Assembly (NCBI GenBank): GCA_964187785.1
Contig: OZ076409.1
Span: 89,654,001-89,714,000, forward strand
Length of the DNA: 60,000 nucleotides
From: Amphiscolops sp. MND2022
Lineage: Eukaryota
Direction of reading: 5' to 3'
The notes below the pieces were generated by a model, which made no database searches, had not been told where the DNA came from, and saw only the letters and a list, made by a program, of their open reading frames with translations. A program made the position numbers and the translations under genes. This document shows, in pieces, positions 39,301-50,400 of the stretch. Within the stretch, counting starts at the first letter, position 1, and every line of letters starts with the position of its first letter.

Positions 39301-41768
39301 AAAAAATGTTTTGGAAAAATTATATTCACTGATGTTTTTTCCGTAAATCGCCTTGTGCCACAAAAATTGATAAAAATATGAGGGGGTACTTCGATTAAAC
39401 AAATTTTTGAAAAAAGTCGCATAGTGTCAAAAAAATTCTAAGGGGGACCATTTTTTCTGCCCCTCTACTTATGCAAGCACAAACAGTTTTTGGTTTATTG
39501 CGGGACTGAATCGTAGGTACTCCTGCTTGACCTCGCCACCAGGACAGGGAATATGCGTGAACCACTAGGCAGTGAGAAGTTACTAACCTATAAAAAATAA
39601 ATCTGGTCAGGTCTTCAAAAAGGCAACAAATTCAGTTATAGAGCATTTTCGAACCTCTACCTCCTCCTTTGTAGAACGCATTTTACTTGATGTTACGACA
39701 ATTTACCGGAGTTGTTTTAGAACTAGTCGCAGTTTGTGTTTTAACTGGGGTGGACGTCCTTGCTACGGAGATACTTTCTTGATCCGAATCAGAATCTTGG
39801 GCGTTTGAGCTAATAGGGCGTTTTTTGCTTACAGGTGCTATGAGCTTAAGCATCTCCTTTTGATTTTCAGCGAGTATTTTGGTTAGATCAGGCATGATTT
39901 CTTTTCTCAGAGTTGTCTTTATCTCTTCCAAGTTTTCAAGTTCAAGTCTAGGATTTTTACTGGAACTAGCTATCAGGTTTTCAGTAGAATTGTTTTCAGC
40001 CAAAGAAGCTTCAAAATCTCCTGATATTAACTCAGCTACAGCTTTCCTCTTCTGGCTTCTAGTAGTCATTTTATCAAGAGAGAGAGAGAGTATCTTTGGA
40101 AAAGTTGAATTCTTCAAAGGTTCAGGTTTTCTTTTGAAAACGTTATATTGACGGAACAGAACTGATTGTTACAAAGCAGGTAAAAACTCACTGATTTACA
40201 TGTATGTATTACATATTTTTACCTTCCCAGCATCATTTGTTCCTCACCTAAAAATTCCTAGGTATCACAAAAATCGGGTTTGTTCAACAAAAAGCGCTAA
40301 TGATTCATATTATTTCAGTCCCGCGTCATAAAATCAGGCATCAAAATTCCTAGTTGCGTCAGCGTTCCGTAAAATTTTGTTGAAGTCATTTTTGTTCAGG
40401 CGGTTCATTTCCTGTTTGTGCTTCAAAATTGCGGTAAAACAAATGTCTAGCTTTCATTTTCATCGACGCAGGCACGCCGGCATGATCAATTAGTCAGTTT
40501 CCTAACTTGAGAGTTGAGATTCGGCGTAAAAGAATGACACTCAAAAAATAGTGACGGAATTTTGACGGATGTAAATATTTTAGAGTCAGAAACACTTGGG
40601 AAATCAAAATGAAGATCAAAGCGATGCTGAGAAGCTTTTCGGAAACGAATTGCCTATAAGATGGCAAATTACTATGAATCTTTACATACATTGAAACACA
40701 AAAACAAAACATTTGGTTTTTAGCATCCACTAAATATCACGGAAATGGTCCGTTTGCCAAAACTTGTTCAACAGTTAACACACAAAGTATTCAGACTCAA
40801 AGGTCTAAGAAGACGTATAAAAATACAACATCATAGCACCCGGGGGAGGATTGGGCAAGAGTAGAAAAGCAATATGAGAGATTACTAGAATGATTATTAC
40901 TGCATCGTATCAAATTTTATACGAACTTCAAATCAACACGAGTATTGCGTTCATTTTATAATCCTAACCCACAGTACAACTATTCTTTATGTAAACTTAA
41001 TCTTAAGATTTCTTAAGGAGCATCGATCCAGAAAAGATCTTTCGAGGACTTCATTCATCGCAATATTTCTTAGTTACGATTTCTTAAGTTGCTCCGTAAA
41101 TGCTCCGTACGTATTAAAATTGCTTATGGTAGAGCGGTGAAATACAACTTTACAATTCGCTCCGTAGCTGCTCCGTACGTCTTAAAATTGCTTATAGCTT
41201 AGCTGTCAGGCCAAACGGAGAGAAAGCGGAACGCGTAGGTGAATTCATTCTCTTTCTCTTATTCTGATTGGCGTTGCTAGGGGCAACCGAGTTTAATTCT
41301 ACTCGCGCTAGCTGGGATAGTTCTATAGATAGAGTGACGTTACCATAACGTTGTGAATACTTGCTTAAGTCACTTGACTGTGCTTTAAGTGAATATTGAC
41401 AACTACTTCATCACTGGAAAACAATTCCACTCTATTATTTGTGTGTTCTTTTCATTTTAGATCGTATGAATTCCGTTCGGATCGCGGAATTAAATGCTAT
41501 TTGTATTTCGTTTCAGTGTGGAGCAAAGGAAGAAGATCCCGATTAGAAATGTTTGTTTTAGTATTTAGATTAGCATGTCGAGATTCAGAAGATTGTACCG
41601 GAAATGAGAATTTCATTATGCGTGAAAAGATATTTAACTGGAAGTTTTAGCTAAAAATCATTTCTGAAAATATTTCGTAACGCTTACGTTAGACTGTTTT
41701 GGGAGATTATCTACAAGTGATTTTAGCTGTACTGTGATTAGAATTACATTAGTTTTAAGTAGTTTAGT

Positions 41769-42629
41769 TTAATGATACTTGCAGTAGCCGCGACCTCTTC
41801 CTCGTCCAAGCGCGAAGCACCATTCACACCCACGACCGGGAGCGGGTCGTGACAGGGCCCCTCTCCTAGCTAAATACGTTGGTAGGCCGTGGCAATGGGG
41901 AATTTCTTTTGTAACTAGCACTGAGGGTTGGCTTATGTAAATTCTCATCCGGTGGGGGCCGCGACCTCTCCCTGCTGTCATACGTGCGATCCGCTTCTCC
42001 TCCTCTTCAAGTTCTCGTACCATGTTTTCGAAATATTCCCGTTCCTCTTGAGTGACTTCAGGCGGCTTGATGGGCTCATTCAAATCATTTAGGCTTGATT
42101 CTACTAATTGCGTGCGGGGGCGTTTACTTTTCTGCAAGGCTTGCTGCCTTGACTTCTTAGCATTGTTTTCCCCACGACCGACAGATTTGAAATATTGGCG
42201 ATCTTCAATGTCCAATCCATAAAGAGCCTCTAACTCGTCAACTGAGGGCTCATTTTCTTTCTGAGTCACGGCAGTCTCCCGTTTCCTTTCATTTCCTAAC
42301 GAACGGAAATTTTCCTCTCCTTTGACTTGAGGAGGAAGAGTAGGGGTCTCAGGCTCTTCGTAATAGTCGTCTGAGTCGACGTTTTCAGCAGGAGATAGCG
42401 CAAAAGACACTTTCGTCAGTCTTTTCCTCTTCTTGGGAGTGGGCGTCATCTTCACGGGAGACTCAGAGATTGAGTCTAGTTCTGGATCGCTGCCACGGTA
42501 AGCTTCCGTAGAAGAGTCGCTGAGACCAAGCCTTCCGACCATATTTACAGGGAGAGTCTTTATGGGAGTGCTGTGATTTATATTCTCTTCATCTGAGGAG
42601 ATGTCAATTACGAGGGTATATCCAGCCAT
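41769..42629 (-). CDS. Extra sense ORF3 (286 aa; acidic/basic low complexity, NLS-like PKKRKR, RG repeats, Cys/His tail) crossing the PPT into the 3' LTR
   Basis: Intact ATG-initiated ORF; its last ~28 codons lie in the LTR; no env-like signal peptide or transmembrane segment visible. Confidence 0.7.
   Translation of the reverse strand: MAGYTLVIDISSDEENINHSTPIKTLPVNMVGRLGLSDSSTEAYRGSDPELDSISESPVKMTPTPKKRKRLTKVSFALSPAENVDSDDYYEEPETPTLPPQVKGEENFRSLGNERKRETAVTQKENEPSVDELEALYGLDIEDRQYFKSVGRGENNAKKSRQQALQKSKRPRTQLVESSLNDLNEPIKPPEVTQEEREYFENMVRELEEEEKRIARMTAGRGRGPHRMRIYISQPSVLVTKEIPHCHGLPTYLARRGALSRPAPGRGCEWCFALGRGRGRGYCKYH
41855..41867 (-). promoter_or_regulatory. Polypurine tract
   Basis: AGGAGAGGGGCCC immediately before the 3' LTR TGTCACG. 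Confidence 0.75.
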
Positions 42630-43200
42630 TTTAATTGAATTTCAGTTCTTTCGATTTGAAGGGGAGATTCTCAAACAACGTTTTGAAGAAAGTAGGTCAG
42701 GCTTCTGTAGCAAATGAACGACAAAATGATTCTTTCAATTTCCTTCCCTTCGTAATTCCTATCGAATACCTATTGGACGATTTCCCGTTTTCGTTCCGAA
42801 TCGTCGTTAGTTGAAAGAAACGAATTCTTTCTTACTGAGTTGTGATTGGTCGAAATATTTAAGGAGATCTTCTAATTTTGGTTTCCGTTCTCTTTTCGGT
42901 TAATGGCGTAATGACGTCACACAGTTTCATAGATGAATTACGTCCGTGTTCCGTGATCTCCTGATGATTTTCCTAATTCTTCTTTAGCATCACTTGGTGG
43001 ACTTTTATCCGTCTGTAGGATTTTTGGAAACGTTTTGTTCCGTCAATGCCATAATAGGCTTTTATTGAAGTTGAAGATTAGGGGATTTTCACTTGTGTAG
43101 GAGTGATATTGCTAATTTCCTTTCACTTAGTTACGTCCACGTAACGTAATTCTTCTTTTTTTTCAGATTGCTGTGAAATCTTTGCTGCCGTTTCTTTTTC
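42630..43200. promoter_or_regulatory. Putative bidirectional internal promoter
   Basis: Lies between divergent ATGs (42629 -, 43201 +); ATTGG boxes at ~42772 and ~42845; perfect TGACGTCA at 42912-42919. Confidence 0.45.
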
Positions 43201-46200
43201 ATGGATGACGATACTGCTCCGCTCCAAGGCACCGTCACCGGATTTGTCAGTGGAAATGAGACTAATTTCTGTTATACTGACAATGACGTGATTTTCTCGG
43301 AGGTGGAGACAGCTGTTACTTCTTCAGGTTGGTAAAATCTTTCTGACTTTCATGGGTAATTGGACTGTTATTTTGGTGATCAGCCTTTTCAGTCTTACCC
43401 GAATACCTGACGCGTCAAACCAGATCTTGATTTTCAGTACCTCGACCTGGCGTTTCTACCACTGTTACTTCCGTAACCGCAACGGTAGCTGATACTCCTG
43501 GGGCTATGGCTGGAACTAGTACTCCTGGTGCTGTTGTGTTGCCTTCAGTTTCCACCATTCTTACTCCTACTTCTTGTTCCGTTAACGCTGCGTTGATTTC
43601 TGTGTTGTCTGTACCTGAAACTTCGTTGGCTGCGATTCCTCTTCAGACCGGGGCAGAATCGACAGCTTTTGATGCCGCTGAGGATGCTGACAGTGAGTCT
43701 CAAGAAGGTGAGACTGATCCCCCCGGCTACAAAAATTGCAGTTCGTATTCGTCTAATTGTTTCCTTTTGTTTATGGAGGAAAAAATAAAAAGGAGGGGTA
43801 ATTATAGGTGTGTCTTTGATTTCTAGCTCCGAGGGGTAGTGAGACCCGAAGGGTTGCCGTTAAGTTTTCAACGCCGACGAAGCGTGCTCGAAAAACTGTT
43901 GTGACTCCCCCTCCTCCTCCTCCTCTGACTCATTGTTTGAGTGGGTGGCAAAGTTAGTTGAATTGCTCTTTATTGCTGTTATTTTCCCGAGGTGTTGTAG
44001 GGTAGGGAGTCGGTTATACTACGAGTGTTTCTTTGTTTTTATTTGGTTTGTTGTTCTTGCTTAGGTCAGGATGATGAACAGCTCTACGCTACCGGGGAGG
44101 TGACGTGGAGTCCCCAAAACGTGATGCAGTGGAACCGACAGCTTGCAGAGGTGGTGAAAGAGAGAACCTCGTTGACAATTCAGAGCGGTTAGTATCCGTT
44201 GTTAATGTTTTTCTGCAGGGTTTGTTTTCTTTGGGTGACTTTGTTGGGCGTATCATGCTCGTTGTGTAATTTGACTGTGTTTCCTTTCTTTATCCTAGCG
44301 TGTGCTTGTTATAGAATTTAAAGAGCTCAGTGAGAAGGTGGAGCCGCGTCTGGCTAAGCGCCCGGTGAAAAAGTATAGCAGTCGCAACGAGCTACATCGG
44401 CGCATGTTGGACCGTCATCCTGCGTTCGGTGACTTTGTGACTGGGGCCAAAGACGGGAAAGGAACGCATTTCCACTGTCGTGTCTGTGATCGTGATGTGG
44501 CTATGAAAGCGCATGGTTCTGGCGAGTTCAGTCGACATTTTCGATCTGACGCTCATTGGTTCAAAGACGTCACCTACCGGGTTCATATGGGCTGATTACA
44601 GGATCAACTTGCTGATTACAGGTCACGGACTTTTGTGGACTTGAGCGGGGAGTACCCGTTTCCGGAGGATCTTTTGTCAAAACATTCCAGGGCAGGGTCA
44701 AAGGTCCCTTTTATGACCTTGGTGTCCTGTTTTTGCGAGTTTCTGCGGAACGGTGGCGACTTCGATTATCTTCGCCGTTTGTGGGGGCATTTTGCTGCGA
44801 CTCTGTGTGGTCAGGAGCCTGGATTTCCTCTACGATGGAGTCGCTCAGAAACTGTGGTAGGTTGAGTATTTTTGCTTGTTGTTGCTACTTTTCATTATTA
44901 TTATCATTTTTCCTTTTCGAGGGGGGGGGGCATGACTGGTTGAATAGATGGTGAGTGTTATGGAATTCTGTTTTTCTTCTTATGTTATTCTGGGTTTGTG
45001 TTGTTTAGTCCTTCCTCTGCCAGGGGTTAGCGCCGCGAGTCCTCCGTCTCATGATTGGTGATGTCAGATCCTTCAAGGAGTACGGTATGCAATTCGAGAA
45101 GATGGGCAATGAAGAACGATGTTATGTTCACTGTTGGGAAGGGACGTATCTCAAGAAGATCTGTGTCAGTAGCCAGTCTTTAGATCAGAAGGTGCCAGAT
45201 GCCGAACTTGTTCCGTTGGCCCTTGTGGCAACTTGTTTTGAAAGCGAACAGCTGCCTGTGTCAATACTTGGTGCAAGTCCGTCTCTTGTTCGTGTGCTGG
45301 ATGATAAGCGATCTGATGGTCGCAGATTTATGATGTGGCAGTCGTTTAGCGAGGAGGTGTTCCTTCAGTGTTTCCGGCAGTCCCATCAGGACGTGTTTGG
45401 AATGTTGGAAGTGACAACGGCCCTCGAGTACGTGATTCATCGCCTGAAAAGGTCTCTCTACGAGGACTGGACCGAAGACAGGCCTCTTTTGCGTACGTGT
45501 ATCCGGAAAGGTTCTGTCGCCTTCAGTGAGCTTCGAGATGTTCTGAGTGATGTAATTGAGCTTTGGCCGTCGATTCGTCCATACGTCCGTTATACGGGCC
45601 ATCCTCATTTTAAGAGCACTGTTGACCGGGTAAGTGCTTTGGTTTTACGTTTTATTTTTGTTGGGGGGTTGGATTTTTCTGGATAGGGTGATATTTCCTG
45701 ACTATTATGTGGCGTGAGTGTTGTATAGTAGCTGTATTGTTTAACTGAAAGGCACCGACTTTGAATTGATTTCCGATAATTTGATTGTTTATCGGTTTGG
45801 TTTCCTACGCCTGCTTCTTGACACTCGTAAGTATAATTCTTTCCGTTATGTGGCCGTGTCTTGAACTGATGACTGTTTTTGGTTGATTGGAATTCTCTGG
45901 TTTGCTTAGTTATGTTTGTGTTCTTCTTTCCTTTTCTTTGGCTATATCTGCATGTTTCGTTTTAGATTACATCAACTTTGAGAAGTTACGACAATGCCGT
46001 ACGGATTACGCGTTCCATGGTTATGGTGAGGTGTGTAACTTCATCTATTGTTTGTTGATGAGAACTCGCAAGTTATCCGATTTGCCGGACATCCATGAAT
46101 GGGAGAGCTATATGGATGCTTCAAAGCTTTCTTCTCTTGGTGTCATCTCTATGGAGGACTTTCTGATGGACTGCGATTTCGGACGTGGTTTAGCTGCCCT

Positions 46201-47268
46201 TAAGACGCGTGTGATGCAGGAGTTTCGCGTCAAGTGTCGGGAGTGCCTGGTCCGCTTTGTGTTCTTGGTTTTGGAACATGTGACTGTAACTTCTGGCATC
46301 TAACGAGGGCTGTACTGTTTTTGTCCGGAGATTATGCTGGAGGGCGACGATCAGCATGTGTTCGAGTTGTTCGATTCGCTTTGTGAGCTGTTTGGGTCAT
46401 GCAACGTATTGTCCGCAGATGATTTGAAGGCTGCTGCAGTCGAGTAGAAGAGTTATGTCGTAGAGAAACGGAGGCATCACAAAGATTCTACTTATGGTGC
46501 GAGTGAGATCCGTGATGTGATGCAGTTCCTATTGCGGGATTTTGGCTTTCAGTCTCGGACGCACGTGTTCCGTTTATTCAAGATTTGTTGTCTCCTCATT
46601 GGAACGCAGGACAGTAATCCTCCGGTGGTGACTATCGATCTGAGTGGCAGTTCTCTTGACCAATCACTAGTCCAGAATTGTATTCTGGTTGTGCAATCTC
46701 ACGTCCTTGGCCCGAGTTTTAATCCGCAGTTATTCTTTTCTGGTTCCCTGCTTCTTGCTGTTCAGAATGCTATTGCTAATTCAGGAGAGTTCTTTGTTGG
46801 TTCCGGTGTCGATGTATGGGAAGGACTCCGGTTCGGTGACGTATCTGCTTTCGTTGGCCGTTATAGACCCTTGTATAAGAGTTATTTAGCAGAGCGACGC
46901 AAAAGTTGTGAGGCTTATTATATGGAGTGCAATAAAGCAAACCGGAGTGCTCGCGACTGTCAAGTTTCCAGTGCAGCTGAGACAGGGAGTGGTAGCAGTT
47001 CAGTGGGCAGTTCAAAGAAATCAAAAGTGGTTGATCCCAAAACAATATCGAGGGATGTGTGTGTTCTGCTTCGTCTAGTACGAATATAGGCAAGTCTTGT
47101 GGATCTTCTAAAAGAGACTGCGTCGGAAGTACGAAACCTGCAGTAGGAGTTGATTGTTTGTCAGGAAGAGGAACACAAGATTCTTCTAAGGGGAAGAAGA
47201 AGAAAGCTTCGTCCAAGGAGAAGGATCCTAGTGTCGTCCATAAGTTGAAAAAAGGTGCCAATAATTAG
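43201..47268 (+). pseudogene. Antisense multi-exon cargo gene of the Gypsy element (zinc finger plus helical domain); exons ~43201-43327, 43438-43707, 43827-43952, 44065-44187, 44315-44856, 45009-45629, (~45751-45826), 45966-47268
   Basis: GT-AG introns with T-rich bodies; phases match across the first six exons. FHCRVCDRDV..FSRHFRSDAHW zinc finger. In-frame stops at 44593, 46301 and 46444, and a frameshift near 47060. Confidence 0.75.
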
Positions 47269-47439
47269 ACTGGAGCTTCTGACTTTTTGATGTTATGTTA
47301 GTTTTATACCCATAGTTTTGATGATGTGTTATATATTTTTGGCTTGGTTTATCATTATTATATGTAGTATTTGTAGTTTAGGAAGTTCAAAAAATTTAAC
47401 GTAGCCACTCCGGTTCGGTTTGGTATGCTGAGTTTTTAT

Positions 47440-50400
47440 CTAGTCTTGAGTTGGACGAGAGTCCTTCGTAGTAGCTGAATCAAGCATGCGAAAGTCAGGA
47501 TCCACGTTGGGTCTCGGATTAGGTCTCAAATTGTATCAGCCTACTTTTCTAGGATTATATCCAATGACTATAGGCGGTAGTTCGGGTGTTTTGGGAGGGC
47601 TTTCTATAGGCGGCGGTGTAAAAATATAGGGGTTGTCGCTGACGTCTAAGTTGAATGACGTTATATTATCGGAAGGTGTTTTATCTTCTGCAGTATTTTC
47701 CTTTGTGGCTGCTTGAGCCACGTCATTGTCCGTTATATCTTCGCTTGTGGTTGTTTTAACCACGTCGTTTTCCGCTGTAGGTTCGTTTGTGATTGTTTTA
47801 ACCACATCATTTTCCGTTGTTATTTCATCGTTCCTTGTGTCTGTGATTTCTATAACTGTGGCTTCTTCAGCAGCGTTTTCCGTATTGTTTCCGAACAGAA
47901 CTTCTCCGAATTCGGTTTCCCAAGCTTGCGCGTACCAATCACTGTGGGTTGTTTTAACCTCTGGATCTGGAAGGTAATCTTCCCTTCTGACTGTTACGTC
48001 AGGTACTCGATGAGTGGGCGCATATAGTCTTAGGCGAATTCTATGGAGAGTTTGAGTGTACCTAGTTCCCGTGCGGCGTACGACGTAGTTGTTATTTGAG
48101 AGTACTTTGACTACTAAGTAAGGTCCGGTCCAAATACAATCTTTGAAGGCGAATTTCATTGACTGATTGTCTGCCTTCGGATTAAGGACGTAGCAGTAGT
48201 CGTTGACTTTGAGCGGTGTAGCCGTTGCTTTCTTGTCGTAGTACTGTTTGTATTTGAGGTAAGACTGCATTAGGTTTTCTTTGGCAGCTTGGGGTATTTC
48301 GGCTATTTGTTTCTGTAGTTGGTCCGTTAGTTCTTCGTTGCTATCTTTTTCCCAATTAGGTTTCAATCCAAGTTTTATGTCTAAAATGTTGTACGGAATG
48401 CGTCCGTGAAACACTGTTGTAGGTTCACAACCTAGGCTTTCGTGGTAGCTTGTATTGTAATTCATGACTGCAATCTGGACGTATTTGTGCCACATAGAGC
48501 GTCGTTCTCCCGTTGATATCTTTAAAGAGGTTTTCAAAGAAGCATGAGTCCTTTCTAAGATGCCAATTGTTTGAGCGTGTTTCGTCGATGCGTGGCATAT
48601 CCGTATATCCAGTGTTTGTGCTATTTGGTTGACTACTTCTGACCTGAATTGTGATCCTTTATCCGTTAGAATGACGGTCGGTAGATAGCAGTGTCGTGTC
48701 ATGACGTCTATTATGCATCGTGCGACTGTTTTTGCTGCCATATCCTGAGTCGGGTAAACGAAAAGGTAACGCGAAAAAACATTCATCATTGTTATGATGT
48801 GTTGGTATCCATTTGAGGAAGGTAGATTTGGTAGGATGTCTACTTCTAGGCAGTCTTCTGGTCCCATTGTGAATTCAGTGTTGCTTAGCATTTTGGGACG
48901 TATCTGTCTCGTGTCGATCCTTTTATTGGCTATGCAATCCTGACAACTGGTTACCCAAGCTCTGATTTTGCGTGCAAGACCTGGGAAGTAGTATTTCGCT
49001 CTGCACTCTTGTATCATTTTGGTGATTCCTGGGTGTTTATTTGTTTTCCCATGTAGAGTGGACAAGAGTTCTGGAACTAGGTGTTTTGGGATTATAATTT
49101 GGTTATGGGTGACTGATCCGTCTTCCCCGTAGTTTTTTCGCATCAGAACTCCATCCTTCATTATGATTCTTTCTTCGTGGCGTAATAGGTTTCGTCCTCG
49201 TGGTTCAGTTTTGAGAAGGTGTTTGTCATATTCTTCGTGTGAGATCCGTTGTTTCAATGCTTTGAGGAGGGGGTCTGCGTCTTGTTCATTTCTGATCCGT
49301 GCATTTTCCTTATTTGCACCGAAAGTGTAGACTGCGGAGTTGAGTGGTATTTTGATGACTTCGGTTACTTTTGTTGATAGTTCTCGCTAATGTTCGTCTA
49401 GGGCGCGTCGTTTGCTGAGTGCTTTTCGGGCAAAAATTTCTTGTTCAGATTCATCTTCTTCGTCTGGTAGGAAGAAAAGTTGTTCCTCGTCAGCTACATC
49501 TGCTGATTGTAGATTAACTTCAATTGGGGACGTTATGATGTCGTCTCGTAGTTTAAGTTGTGCCTTTTCTTCCGGTGTAAGTTCGAGTCTTGAGAGGAAA
49601 TCTGCTGCCGTGTTTTGGGAGCCAGCTACGTGCATAATTCGGAACTTGAATTGTAATACATAGTCACAGGCATTCCAGAGTGCAGGGGGTGTCGTTATCG
49701 TCTGGAAGAATCTAGTTATTGAGCGGTTGTCTGTTAAGACCAGCGTTGGAATGGTTGTTTCCCATAGTATGTGACTGTATTCGAGGAAAACGTGGTAGAT
49801 TGCTAAGAATTCTTTGCAGTAGATGGACATTTTCAGTTGTGCGGGCGAGAAAACTCGTGATCCGAACGCTACTGGTGCGAAGGTTTTTCGTTTGGAGAGT
49901 ATTTTGCGTTTGTCGTTCTCCTCAATAATGAGGGCGTAGCCTGATGCGCGAAAACTTGCATCCGTCATTAGGACGTACTGTTTTCCTGCTATGGGCTGTC
50001 GGAGTGCGAGTCCACAAGCTTCCGCTAAACTGGCGTTGATTTCTTTAAAGTTGTCAACGAGTTCTTCTGAAATTCTGATCTTGGAGTCTGCTTTGAGAAG
50101 TTCATACATGCCGATGAGTTTTTCTGACAATCTGGGTATGTAATTGCGGTAGTAGTTAACAAAGCCAATGTATTTTTGAACTTGTTTTTTGGATTTGGGG
50201 AAGCGTACTTTGGAGAGGAAATTCTTGACCTTTTGATATTGCGGGGGTACTCCGTCGGGGATGATGGTTCGGCCAAGAAATTCGATTTGAGTTACTCCAA
50301 AGGGACATTTTTCGATGGTTAGTTTTAGTCTTGCCTTTCAAATGCACTTGAAGACTGCTCTGATGATGTTCTTTATAAGCTGTTCCGTTGTATTTGCGGC

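Noticed and set aside
41769..42629. env gene (errantivirus-like)
   Set aside because: No signal peptide, transmembrane segment or fusion-peptide pattern; the protein is hydrophilic with an NLS-like motif.
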